The translations under genes were made by a program, and so were the position numbers. A model generated the notes under the pieces. It was not told the origin of the DNA. It did not search any database and saw only the letters and a list, made by a program, of their open reading frames with translations. This document shows, in pieces, positions 8,830 through 18,576 of a stretch of 42,003 nucleotides of DNA; the first letter of the stretch is position 1, and every line of letters begins with the position of its first letter. Source of the DNA: Candidatus Micrarchaeota archaeon (GTDB lineage Archaea; Micrarchaeota; Micrarchaeia; Micrarchaeales; CABMGC01); NCBI GenBank assembly GCA_964550485.1, contig CAZJZM010000002.1, forward strand, positions 1-42,003, in the 5' to 3' direction.

Positions 8830-9252
8830 ATGACTTTAGTTGCGGCTGTAATAATTCCACTTCTTGGGGCATGCACCGGGTCATCTCATCCATCAGAACG
8901 TTCGTCTACGAGCAACTCTTCATTTCTGCTTCTCTCAAACGGTTCACCTTCAATTCAGTTCCCCCCTACCTACACGCGTTCCTATCTGCCTATTATTCCA
9001 CACCAAAACGGCATATACCTCGGAGAGACAGACAAAGTTCGATACTGGATAATGGCAGAAAGACCAGTAGATGGCAAATGCACATCAGCCTTTGAAACCG
9101 CCGCAAACAGCAGTGATGTTAATAAAGTGAAACTTCCTGAGGTGGTTTTGGCTAGCCATAAGGGCCAAATAGAAAAGCTCAAGAGGGACACATGCAAAGA
9201 CGGAGATGAACTTATCGGGCCAGTATGGCAAACACTTCGACCAAGAACGTAG
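8830..9252 (+). CDS. hypothetical secreted protein with lipobox-like signal
   Basis: MTLVAAVIIPLLGAC at ATG 8830; the track ORF starts at 8752. Same strand as, and just upstream of, the giant surface-protein gene. No family recognised. Confidence 0.35.
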   Translation: MTLVAAVIIPLLGACTGSSHPSERSSTSNSSFLLLSNGSPSIQFPPTYTRSYLPIIPHQNGIYLGETDKVRYWIMAERPVDGKCTSAFETAANSSDVNKVKLPEVVLASHKGQIEKLKRDTCKDGDELIGPVWQTLRPRT

Positions 9253-9381
9253 GTATTATAGAGATTTGGGAAGTTATAGCATAAGAAATTAATATTCAGA
9301 AATATCAACCCAGCGCGCTTCCGATACCATAGTAACATTTTATAAGAGTTATCTTTCAAAGGTAAACGAGGTAAACCAAGC

Positions 9382-12300
9382 GTGTACTTTCTAACAGACA
9401 TTTGTGATGGTGGGGCAACGTCAATATTACACAAACACAAAAGCCTTTTCCGATTTTTACCACTTTTAATACTCTTTATCTCTGCAGGCAGCTCCAGCAC
9501 TGTTTTGGCACAAACAATACCATCTGCAGCGGCATTGTTGCATGTAGGTGTTGCAATAACAGCGCCAACCTCTTACATAGGCGCACTTATGCCACTTCCT
9601 TCGCTAGGCTCTCTTTCCACAACAACGACGAATATCGGCCCACTGCCCAACGCACAGGCAGTCCTGCAAGGAACCACAGACTCAGGAATTTCATTACAGG
9701 TATCATATGCTAACAGCGCTACCCAGGGCCCACAAGTAATATTCGACCTTTTTCCTCAAGGGGCTGGTAACGCGCAGGTCATTCCCAAAAACATATACAT
9801 ATCAGACCCAGGTGTAATGTCTACTTCAGTCGCAATCGGTTCAGGAACATTAACTGGGTTTGCAGTCTGTACGACCTGCGAATCTCCTTTCTTTGCAGGA
9901 GTAACCGTGGTTCCAGTCCCTGGCGGCTTCCAAGTAACCTACAACATCAACGGTGTGGTTACTTCAGAATTTAATTCATGGGGGCAGCCTGGTGTCACCC
10001 CTTCAGTTGGTAGCTTCTTTCAGCCTAGCGGCCAAGCAGTAGGAGGCGACTTTGTAAGTGGTGTAATGGGCGAGATCCAAGTGGCCGGATTCACAGTGGC
10101 TACAATGCCCAGCCCTCCTTCTATCACGTTCATACGCGTATGTACTGACCCATCCTGTAGCACTCCTATTCAAACATCCCAGCCGTATACGGCAGCAGTC
10201 TCCGGCACGTTCAGCGGCGGAACTGAAACCGATGTTGGCCAAGCTTATTACTCCCAAGTAACTATGCCTGGCCCCGGAACCATAACTCTTACTTCCTCCA
10301 CCGGCACAGCCACCATCACCATGGACTCTGACGGAACCATCACCACGGCATGGACTCCGGCCGCCGCTGGAGGAGCGATTGTATCACAACCTCAGGGCTC
10401 CTTTACTCCAGCCGGCAGTTCTGTAGCACAACCCATTCAGATAGGATATGCACCAGGATCGACGGATCTTGGGCCGATACAACCTGTCTACAGCACAGGC
10501 CCCGCACTTCAGGCCCCTTCCTGGGCTCAATCTCCTTGCACCGACGCCGATTGCCTTAATGCCCAGAGCGCGGTAAACAGCTGCTTTTTATATGGCTGCA
10601 GTCAAAATGATTTCCAGCAGGCCGTCAGTGGGTGTATAGATACAAGTGGTTGTAATATCGGAACGTCAGTAGCAGCAGGAACAGTAGGAACAACCCAATC
10701 GTCCGCAATCATCAACTACCTGGGTCCAGAAGAAGGTGAGACATATCCTGTTCCTCAAATGACCGAGGGAGACTACGAACAGCAGCTGGCTTCGCAGAAT
10801 GCAGCGGCATACTTGCAGAAGCAGGATCAGGAGCAAACTGAAGGAGAAATGGGACTTGCCGCATCAGGCTACGGACTGTTACTGAACTGCGCATTCGGAA
10901 AGGCGTCATCCTGCGTGATGGCAATTCCTGGAGCTGCCTTTGCGGCGGCATCTTATTATTATGCATATACCCAAGCATTCGCTCCAGGCGCAAGTCTGTT
11001 CAATGCTGCACTCTCCGCCCTGCAAGTTCCTACGCAGATCATTCAGGCTATAGGCACGGTCTTGGAAGTTCTTCCTTTCGCAACTACCGTAATATCCATA
11101 ATAGAAGGCCCTACAAAGGTTCAGGTTCCATTTCCAACAGTATATTTCAACACCGCATACAACACAATCCCACCAAACATAATCCTGACCAATAGCACAT
11201 TCTACAACTTCTCGCCGGTAGAATCAGTCTACAAGAACAACACCGCAGAGGCACCAAACTACCTAACCTGCCCGATAAACGCTTCGCCGCTGCGCCCCAC
11301 AACCGATCTCTACTTCTACGCGAACAAAAGCACACTGGATGCTGGAGACAAGTGCCTATCCAAGAACACCACCTTCACCTCTGCACTCTACGGCTTTACG
11401 ACCGACATTTCGGTACCTCCCCTTGACGAATTTATTCACATCCTGGTCGAGGCATTTACCGGAGGCTACATCACCGATGTGACCCAACTTCAGATCTCCA
11501 ACCCCGGAGTCCTCACCCTTCAAGACATAGGCTACTTCCCCAGCGTCGACGGACAGCTCTCAAACGGTTGGAACACGAGTTCCTACATCTTCGACCAGGT
11601 GCCATCAACGCCACAACATTCGATCTGGTCGTGGAACCTGGTGCTTGCCAACCTCTCAAACGCCAGTCTTCCAAAGAGTTCTCATCTCTACTTCCAACTA
11701 ATCAAAATCACCGAACCGGGACTCACCTATCCGCCCCCTCCAATCTACGTTGTCCCATGTCTCTACACCGGTCCTTATTTTGAACAGACAACCCTTGACA
11801 GCATCAGCCTCAACTACCTCCCATTCACCGAAACGCTGGAGAATTACTCCCCTATCAACTACAACTCCCAACCAAGGGCAATCTTCGACACAAAGATCTA
11901 CCCCTATCTTCTCTACAATTACCTCCTCTCCGAGAACAACTCCCAGCTGGCAAACCCAAACCTTAGTGGTATGAGTGAAGACGTCTACAGCCCGTGGAAC
12001 TACTACAATCCCGCAAACGCAGAGGACCAGTTCCCTGTCGATCTTCCAAGTGTGCTCTTCGCCAATTCCACCACACATAAAAATGACCTGATAACCCTCC
12101 CGCAAAACGGCATAGGGATTAATGTACAGGCCTTACAGACGCCTGTGCTCATATATGGACAGACCTTCGGGCAGGCCTCATTTACCACATTCATATCCGA
12201 CTCAATCCCCTTCAATCTTTTGATAACAGGCAGCACCTCTACCGGAGTGCCGTATAGCCAAAGCTTCCAGTCATCTACAACAACATTGAATCTAACCAGT

Positions 12301-15300
12301 TATGAACTGCCTCCAGGGAACTACAACTATACCGCCAGCACGACAAACTCAACTGCGATACAGTCCGCGTCTCTGCCTCAAGGCACCACCGTGCTGAAAC
12401 TGCCAACGGCGTCAGTGGCATACAACAGCACCAACCTGATAAACTTCATACAGTACTCCTCATCCTCCACAAACACAGGCGGAACCGGTGGTGAAGGTTC
12501 CCTCCTTCCCGCATCATATACCAACGTAGGTCCATCCGTCTCCTCTCTTTCCACTCAACCAATCACAAACCCAATTGCTATCGCCTCAACCATAAACAAT
12601 TACCTTTACGTGCTTTACTATAACAATAGTCTGGACAGTTATTCCATAGCCGTGATAAGGCTCTATCCCCACGGCACATACAACCCTACTCTGCCGCTTC
12701 CCACTTCCAATGTGACATGCGGCGGACCAGGTTCCTGGTCGATATCCGACTGCGGATCGACATGGAACTCTGAATGGGGGAATTACTGGGACCAGGTCAT
12801 AAACGAAGAGAACAACACCGCCTACGTCCTCAATACAATACCTGTTCCTGACAGTGTATCTAATTCTGGCACATCAGAATCCTTTACTCCATACAGCATC
12901 GCAGCGGACAACGACGGGGACCTCTTCATCTCCGGAGGCACCAATTCCAATACTAGTACAATTCTGCTTAAAATAAATGACGCCGTCGACTCAAACGGAG
13001 ACGTCTGTCTCAATTCTGCATCCTGCGACCAATTTTACTGGGGAAATCTTTCAGGCGTGCCTGGCAGGTTCACGGAGATCGCAGAATCGCCAATCTCCGG
13101 AACCGTGGACCTTGCTGATCCAAGTTCCGGCGCAATTGAGGTATTCGATGGCGAGAACCTGACGTACATTAAGACACTCCCTCTCACCTTCGACAATTAC
13201 ACCGCTGTGAGTGGTATCCCACAACCTTTCTCACAGCAGGCAAACGTCATGGTCCTCTCCGGAGACCTCAACATAACAAAGTGGCTGACCGATGTCGGCC
13301 TATTCGGAATCAAGAACCTTGCTTCCAATCCCAATTCTGATGTCACCGACCAGGAAGGATACCATCACCCACTCGCAATCACCGATGTCAACGGCTATAC
13401 CTACGTCCTTGACGACTGGTCCGGAAATGCGGAAGGAAACAATTTCAACATACTGATGCTGAGGATACTCTCGAACGGTACGAGCATCGACGTTCCTGTA
13501 AATCCATCATTGCTCAATGACGTTTCCATCCTTACTCCACGAGAAAAGGCTATAATCAACTTCGATTCGCAAGGCCTCCAGTTCGATTACCCTCCCTATG
13601 GAATAATACTCTCCGCAAACGTCAGCGGAATTAACTTCTGCTCGTCCACTTCCTGCAAATACAGCCAATCAGACATAAACAGTACCTACTATCCTACCGG
13701 TCCGGAGTTGAATCAGAGTTTCATATACAACCAACATTCCCTCTCCAATTCCCCTGAGATAGGCTTCTCGGTATCGACAGATGGGCAGATGTCAACTTTC
13801 ATTCCTCAAGGAAGCAACAATTTCAAGTACGGAGAATTACTCTTTATGGACCTTAATCCGGTGAACTACACCGGAACGATATCAGGCCTTCCTCCACACG
13901 AATGCTATCTGTCTGTAGACTCGCCAACCTGCGAGGCCTACGACATCGACAGCATAACCCCTCCAATCTATGCAACAGGCGATATATTCAAATATCTGGA
14001 AAACCGCGGTTCGCAGAGTGCGCTGAGTTACACTGTCCAGTACAACAGTCAATTTGCAACATCCAACACCCCTAACTCCGGTCTGAACCAGACCTGCATA
14101 GGTCAACTTTCCAATTTCTCTACGCCAACTTCCTGTTACTCGGCAGGCGCAGAAAACACAATACCATACACATACAACATAACCTCAGCCATTCAGGGAA
14201 ACATCCTTCAAGGAATTGCGTCTCAACAATCCCAGTCAGCAGCCGCCTCCTCAGCCTCCCTCTACTCCATCCTTCAGAGTGTAGTACAGACTCTCGCAGA
14301 GCACATGAACATAATCCATGGACAGCCATTCCTCGGGAACGCTGGAGAATATCTCAACGCTTCCTACCTCTTTCTCAGTACCACATCATCCACTGGCATA
14401 TCGGCCAATACAACCAAATTGTTGGAAAGCCAGATCTCCCTGGTAAACGAACAGGAAAACATCATCATAAACGAGACCAAGATAATGGACCAAGGAGGAA
14501 ATCAGGCAGAGATCAACTCCGAGCTGCAAACCCTTGGTGCCCAGTCAGGTTCATTCGACAGTGCATCTACTGATTCCTCATTGCAAACCCTCGTGGCCCA
14601 AAACGCAACAAACAACACCAAAGCTATGACCGAAACGCTGCAAACCACCGCGGCCCTGGAAACCGCAAACAACACCAAGGCAATCAACTCAACGCTGCAA
14701 ACCCTCGAGGCACTGGCAGCCGCAAACGACACCACAGTGCTGAACGAGACAAAGATATACTTTAACCAGTTGCTGATTTTCGATGTGGAGAAGGACATCG
14801 AACTCCAGGAATTAAGCACTCTAAGTTCTGCTCCGGTAATTACCGGACCCGCAACCGCCAATTCCTCTGAAATAAACCCTCCAATAACAAAGCTTACTTC
14901 GCTCATCTCCGGGCAGGCGATAGTCGCATACGAATATCATTACACCACATTCCAGTGGTGGGGGCCGTTCATCACCATCACTCCGCAATGGAACTGCCCA
15001 TTCTGGGGCTTCCTGCCGTTCGTAGGACCTGTCTACGACCATTACACAACATACGCCTACTCGTTAACGCCCTTCACGATGTCAACCGCACTGCCGACGA
15101 CCATCCAGGGAGGTCCTACCTACCTCCTCCCAGTAAACAGCCAGACCAACTCAAGTTACTACCTTCCAACCCTTGCAGACACGGGTCTTTACCTGAGTCA
15201 GCACATTCTCTTCAACCTTACAAGCGACAGGAGTTTCGGGAGGATCTATGTCGCCAACTCTGGACTACAGAGCAACAACTTTGAGATTCTCAACGCAACG

Positions 15301-16605
15301 CAGCAAAACCGTTACATAATACAGACTGCGCATGTGGGTAACTCCATGTCATACGAGGCAATATCAACAAACGCCATAGGCCCGAACTACGGCAGCCAAT
15401 ACTCAGGCGCGGGAATCCAGGCGACCGACGTACCCTCAAGTTTCCTCTACAATGAGACCCTCCTTACGCCTCCATTTGTAACCAATTACGTGACTCCAAC
15501 GGAATACACAACAGCCCTTTACAGTGACCGGCTCTATCTCTACCTGCCTGAACTCCTAGGCTACCAACGATTGGTCTATGCATTTACGGACGACTTCAAT
15601 AACACAATCTACGCACCTCTGGACGTGGACATAGTCAGGACCACAAGCCTCCTGCTCAACGCGACTCCAGTTGTCAACGTGACCAACACCAACAAGACCA
15701 CCCTGTTCATAACCGGAAGGGCCGGCGAATTGTCATACAACGGCTTCTTCCCCAATCTAAACGGCACAGCAACCTTCATTCCGCTCCCGAACGCCAGTGT
15801 CTACCTCTACTACAACCACAACATAAATTATGTGGGCCTTAACACAGAACAGGATCAGCTCTGCGCCTTCGGAAACCCTTCCTATCCCTACAACACCACT
15901 CCATTCCCGTCCAATTGCACCCTGGCCAATCCAAACTACATCGGAAAGACCCAGGATGCAGGAAACATCAACTACAACCCCCAGTACAATTCCTCAGGCT
16001 TCTGCGCTCCGCCTCCGAACAGTCTGATCAAGAGCACAATAGACTGCAACATCTACGGCGAGGACAATTTCAGCAACCGCATAACCGCATCATGCCCGAC
16101 AGGCGCAAACAACAATCCAAGTTACTGTATCCCCCTATATCTCAACGGAAGTGGTATCTGCACCACCCAACTCGGACTCATAGGCATAGTCAAGACCGAT
16201 TCGGCAGGAGCCTTCAACCTGACTATGAATGCCTGCGGCACCGGCCAGCACAACATCATCGGCCAGTACTACGGCGATTCGATGCAGTTTGCGACTGCCG
16301 ACCAGAACGCGCTCAACCAGAGCGCCGATTCACTTAGCAAAAAACTGGAGGAACTCAATCAAAACGCAGGCGATCCCCAATTCCAAGTTCTGAACTACCA
16401 CTGGTCTCCAAACGTTTCATACTCCCCGTCCTTCCAGTCTGGTTCATTCGCACTCAGCTTCGGAGTCGTCTCCATTTCACTCCTGATCCTGACGATAGTC
16501 ACAATCGCGGCAATACTCCTCATTCACCACCATCGCAACTCCCAAAAATTGAAAAAGAGAAACTCTAGGAAACCCAAAAGAAAGAGAAGGAAACAATCCA
16601 AGTAA
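9382..16605 (+). CDS. giant cell-surface protein (signal peptide, Cys-rich and beta-rich regions, 19-aa repeats, C-terminal TM anchor with Lys/Arg tail)
   Basis: Uninterrupted 2407-codon ORF with a GTG start. N-terminal signal (FRFLPLLILFISAGSSSTVLA-Q). Dozens of N-x-S/T sequons. C-terminal helix VVSISLLILTIVTIAAILLI followed by KKRNSRKPKRKRRKQSK. Confidence 0.8.
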   Translation: MYFLTDICDGGATSILHKHKSLFRFLPLLILFISAGSSSTVLAQTIPSAAALLHVGVAITAPTSYIGALMPLPSLGSLSTTTTNIGPLPNAQAVLQGTTDSGISLQVSYANSATQGPQVIFDLFPQGAGNAQVIPKNIYISDPGVMSTSVAIGSGTLTGFAVCTTCESPFFAGVTVVPVPGGFQVTYNINGVVTSEFNSWGQPGVTPSVGSFFQPSGQAVGGDFVSGVMGEIQVAGFTVATMPSPPSITFIRVCTDPSCSTPIQTSQPYTAAVSGTFSGGTETDVGQAYYSQVTMPGPGTITLTSSTGTATITMDSDGTITTAWTPAAAGGAIVSQPQGSFTPAGSSVAQPIQIGYAPGSTDLGPIQPVYSTGPALQAPSWAQSPCTDADCLNAQSAVNSCFLYGCSQNDFQQAVSGCIDTSGCNIGTSVAAGTVGTTQSSAIINYLGPEEGETYPVPQMTEGDYEQQLASQNAAAYLQKQDQEQTEGEMGLAASGYGLLLNCAFGKASSCVMAIPGAAFAAASYYYAYTQAFAPGASLFNAALSALQVPTQIIQAIGTVLEVLPFATTVISIIEGPTKVQVPFPTVYFNTAYNTIPPNIILTNSTFYNFSPVESVYKNNTAEAPNYLTCPINASPLRPTTDLYFYANKSTLDAGDKCLSKNTTFTSALYGFTTDISVPPLDEFIHILVEAFTGGYITDVTQLQISNPGVLTLQDIGYFPSVDGQLSNGWNTSSYIFDQVPSTPQHSIWSWNLVLANLSNASLPKSSHLYFQLIKITEPGLTYPPPPIYVVPCLYTGPYFEQTTLDSISLNYLPFTETLENYSPINYNSQPRAIFDTKIYPYLLYNYLLSENNSQLANPNLSGMSEDVYSPWNYYNPANAEDQFPVDLPSVLFANSTTHKNDLITLPQNGIGINVQALQTPVLIYGQTFGQASFTTFISDSIPFNLLITGSTSTGVPYSQSFQSSTTTLNLTSYELPPGNYNYTASTTNSTAIQSASLPQGTTVLKLPTASVAYNSTNLINFIQYSSSSTNTGGTGGEGSLLPASYTNVGPSVSSLSTQPITNPIAIASTINNYLYVLYYNNSLDSYSIAVIRLYPHGTYNPTLPLPTSNVTCGGPGSWSISDCGSTWNSEWGNYWDQVINEENNTAYVLNTIPVPDSVSNSGTSESFTPYSIAADNDGDLFISGGTNSNTSTILLKINDAVDSNGDVCLNSASCDQFYWGNLSGVPGRFTEIAESPISGTVDLADPSSGAIEVFDGENLTYIKTLPLTFDNYTAVSGIPQPFSQQANVMVLSGDLNITKWLTDVGLFGIKNLASNPNSDVTDQEGYHHPLAITDVNGYTYVLDDWSGNAEGNNFNILMLRILSNGTSIDVPVNPSLLNDVSILTPREKAIINFDSQGLQFDYPPYGIILSANVSGINFCSSTSCKYSQSDINSTYYPTGPELNQSFIYNQHSLSNSPEIGFSVSTDGQMSTFIPQGSNNFKYGELLFMDLNPVNYTGTISGLPPHECYLSVDSPTCEAYDIDSITPPIYATGDIFKYLENRGSQSALSYTVQYNSQFATSNTPNSGLNQTCIGQLSNFSTPTSCYSAGAENTIPYTYNITSAIQGNILQGIASQQSQSAAASSASLYSILQSVVQTLAEHMNIIHGQPFLGNAGEYLNASYLFLSTTSSTGISANTTKLLESQISLVNEQENIIINETKIMDQGGNQAEINSELQTLGAQSGSFDSASTDSSLQTLVAQNATNNTKAMTETLQTTAALETANNTKAINSTLQTLEALAAANDTTVLNETKIYFNQLLIFDVEKDIELQELSTLSSAPVITGPATANSSEINPPITKLTSLISGQAIVAYEYHYTTFQWWGPFITITPQWNCPFWGFLPFVGPVYDHYTTYAYSLTPFTMSTALPTTIQGGPTYLLPVNSQTNSSYYLPTLADTGLYLSQHILFNLTSDRSFGRIYVANSGLQSNNFEILNATQQNRYIIQTAHVGNSMSYEAISTNAIGPNYGSQYSGAGIQATDVPSSFLYNETLLTPPFVTNYVTPTEYTTALYSDRLYLYLPELLGYQRLVYAFTDDFNNTIYAPLDVDIVRTTSLLLNATPVVNVTNTNKTTLFITGRAGELSYNGFFPNLNGTATFIPLPNASVYLYYNHNINYVGLNTEQDQLCAFGNPSYPYNTTPFPSNCTLANPNYIGKTQDAGNINYNPQYNSSGFCAPPPNSLIKSTIDCNIYGEDNFSNRITASCPTGANNNPSYCIPLYLNGSGICTTQLGLIGIVKTDSAGAFNLTMNACGTGQHNIIGQYYGDSMQFATADQNALNQSADSLSKKLEELNQNAGDPQFQVLNYHWSPNVSYSPSFQSGSFALSFGVVSISLLILTIVTIAAILLIHHHRNSQKLKKRNSRKPKRKRRKQSK
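14521..14750 (+). repeat. four tandem ~57-nt (19-aa) repeats inside the giant gene
   Basis: (c/t)tgcaaacc recurs at 14524, 14582, 14638 and 14695. The peptide units are ELQTLGAQSGSFDSASTDS, SLQTLVAQNATNNTKAMTE, TLQTTAALETANNTKAINS and TLQTLEALAAANDTTVLNE. Confidence 0.8.
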
Positions 16606-16609
16606 AAAC

Positions 16610-16653
16610 CAAACAAAGCTGAGCTTTCACTTTGTATTCTCAAATTTTCCTCC
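16610..16653 (+). repeat. 44-nt hairpin-containing repeat, copy A (intergenic)
   Basis: About 36 of 42 aligned positions match 18989-19030, with one 2-nt indel. Contains the stem acaaag/ctttgt. Confidence 0.7.
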
Positions 16654-16690
16654 AGAGAGCTTATAACTCATCAAGTTCCACAAATCCGAC

Positions 16691-17266
16691 CTAGGAATCA
16701 GTCTCAATCTTCACAAGTAATTCCATAAGCCTGTTCTTTAGATCCTCCTTCGTGCCAGTGTTGTTCAGGACATAGTCGGCCATGCCCATTATCACCACAA
16801 CTCCGTGCTTCTCCTCTTTCTTGTCCAGAAGGAAACCCCGTTTTTCCCTGGTATTGAGCCACCTGAAATCCGCAATGTTCTTTGGATCCTCCGGTTTGGC
16901 CCTCTTTTTCATTCGCTCAAACCTTGTCTCAAAAGGCGACTTGATCGCAATTATCTTTATTCCCTCAACCTTCTTTCTAAGGTAATCCAGTTCGTAGGTG
17001 GTCCTCACACCCATGAGCACCACATGCTTCATGGACTTCCTTATTTTTTTCACGGCATATCTGGAATAGATATCCTTTCCATGCTCCTCCCTCAACCTCC
17101 GTGTGAATTCTCTCGTGGCTCTAGGGTCGTTCAAGGGTATCTTCGCCTTCTTCAGGAGTTCCCTCCAGATATCCCCATACTCGATCACGTTGAAGCCCTC
17201 CTCCCTTAGGGTCTCGGCAACTGTGCTTTTTCCAGAGCCAGGCAATCCAACAACTACGAGTATCAT
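16691..17266 (-). CDS. P-loop nucleotide/nucleoside kinase-like protein (archaeal UPF0200 / dephospho-CoA-kinase-like family)
   Basis: N-terminal P-loop VVVGLPGSGKST. About 190 aa with kinase-like lid segments. Exact substrate unknown. Confidence 0.65.
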   Translation of the reverse strand: MILVVVGLPGSGKSTVAETLREEGFNVIEYGDIWRELLKKAKIPLNDPRATREFTRRLREEHGKDIYSRYAVKKIRKSMKHVVLMGVRTTYELDYLRKKVEGIKIIAIKSPFETRFERMKKRAKPEDPKNIADFRWLNTREKRGFLLDKKEEKHGVVVIMGMADYVLNNTGTKEDLKNRLMELLVKIETDS

Positions 17267-17275
17267 CCAATAACC

Positions 17276-17605
17276 TCAATGCACCCTGCTGCCGTTGGCG
17301 AGTTCCTTGTTCGGTACCATCAGGGCAAGGCCGTTTTCGTCATCGGCCGCGAGTATCATGCCCTGCGATTCGACTCCCGCGATATTCTTCGGATCGAGAT
17401 TCACCAGGCATGCGATCTGTCTGTCCATAAGTTCCTCCTTCGAGTAGAAGTTCTTTATTCCTGCAAGTATGATCCTGATTCCTATCTCCTGCCCGAAATC
17501 TATGGTAAGTTTGTAAATCGGCTTCCTGGCCTTCTCCACATCTTCGACATTTGTTATCCTTCCAACCCGTATATCGAGCTTGCTGAAGTCGTCTATGTTT
17601 GCCAT
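17276..17605 (-). CDS. tRNA-binding domain protein (CsaA/Trbp111/EMAP-type OB fold)
   Basis: LDIRVGRI..VE......KLTIDFG......ILAGI...Y..EEL..R.I..LVNL.P....G..S.GMILAA pattern. 109 aa. Lies 9 nt upstream of the kinase gene on the same strand. Confidence 0.8.
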   Translation of the reverse strand: MANIDDFSKLDIRVGRITNVEDVEKARKPIYKLTIDFGQEIGIRIILAGIKNFYSKEELMDRQIACLVNLDPKNIAGVESQGMILAADDENGLALMVPNKELANGSRVH

Positions 17606-17647
17606 CTAACCAGTAATATCTTAATATGACATCTTTTATATAGTAGC

Positions 17648-18196
17648 ATGCGACTCTTTGTTGCCATCGAAATTCCAGAAGAAATAAGGGAGAAGCTTTG
17701 GAAAGCTGCCAGAGATTTCGGCATGAAAGGGGTAATACTCTCTAACAAAGACCAATATCACATAACTCTCCAATTCCTTGGAGAAATGGAAGAATCAAGG
17801 CTTCCTGTCATAAAAGAAGCGCTGTCTACGATAAACTGCAAGGCTTTCAAGATCAAGATTTCGGGAATTTCATCCTTCGACCCGACCCTCAGAGTGCTCT
17901 TCGCAGATATAAAGGAAGGATCTGAAGAACTTAAATCGATATATGCAGGCATAGATTCAGAATTTACAAAAAGAGGAATATCTTATGAAAAGGAAAACAG
18001 TTTCAAGCCCCACTTAACCTTGGCAAGAGTCAAGTTCCTAAAGGATAAGACCCTTCTTCTGCCCATAATGTCAAAATACTCTTCATACGAATTCGGGAAG
18101 TTCCATGCAAGATCTATGATCCTGAAAGTAAGCAAGCCTTCCACCTCCGGATATGCGTATGAAGACCTCTATGAGGTCAAGCTCCAAACCAGCTGA
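17648..18196 (+). CDS. thpR: RNA 2',3'-cyclic phosphodiesterase / 2'-5' RNA ligase (2H phosphoesterase, LigT/ThpR)
   Basis: MRLFVAIEIP N-terminus and two H-x-T-x motifs (YHITLQFLG, PHLTLARV). 182 aa. Confidence 0.85.
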   Translation: MRLFVAIEIPEEIREKLWKAARDFGMKGVILSNKDQYHITLQFLGEMEESRLPVIKEALSTINCKAFKIKISGISSFDPTLRVLFADIKEGSEELKSIYAGIDSEFTKRGISYEKENSFKPHLTLARVKFLKDKTLLLPIMSKYSSYEFGKFHARSMILKVSKPSTSGYAYEDLYEVKLQTS

Positions 18197-18267
18197 TTAC
18201 CCACTTTCTCTCCATTTTACCCATAAATATAAATATCTACCCACACCATTAATAAAACGGGATACGA

Positions 18268-18519
18268 ATGCAAATTACCATAACTGACGAGAGAGGCAGA
18301 ATAACCCTAGGCAAGAAAATTCAAAAGCGCTATGGAAGGAAATTTATGATTCTCCAGGCAAACGATGAAATCATCCTTAAGCCAATAGTCAAAGAAGACC
18401 CCATCACGGGTCTAGCAGAATTGGGCCAAAAATTCGGAATAAATAAACATTCAATCAAACAACTCAAAAACATCGCGGAGGAAGAAGCATTAAAGGAAGC
18501 GTTGTCCAACTCAGATTAA
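18268..18519 (+). CDS. vapB: AbrB/SpoVT-type antitoxin (VapB-like)
   Basis: N-terminal swapped-hairpin-like ITDERGRITLGKKIQKRYG...ILKPI. 83 aa. Upstream of a PIN gene. Confidence 0.65.
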   Translation: MQITITDERGRITLGKKIQKRYGRKFMILQANDEIILKPIVKEDPITGLAELGQKFGINKHSIKQLKNIAEEEALKEALSNSD

Positions 18520-18576
18520 TTCATATAGTAAAGTATATAATCTTTTACTTAAATATACTAAAATGGGACGATTCTT

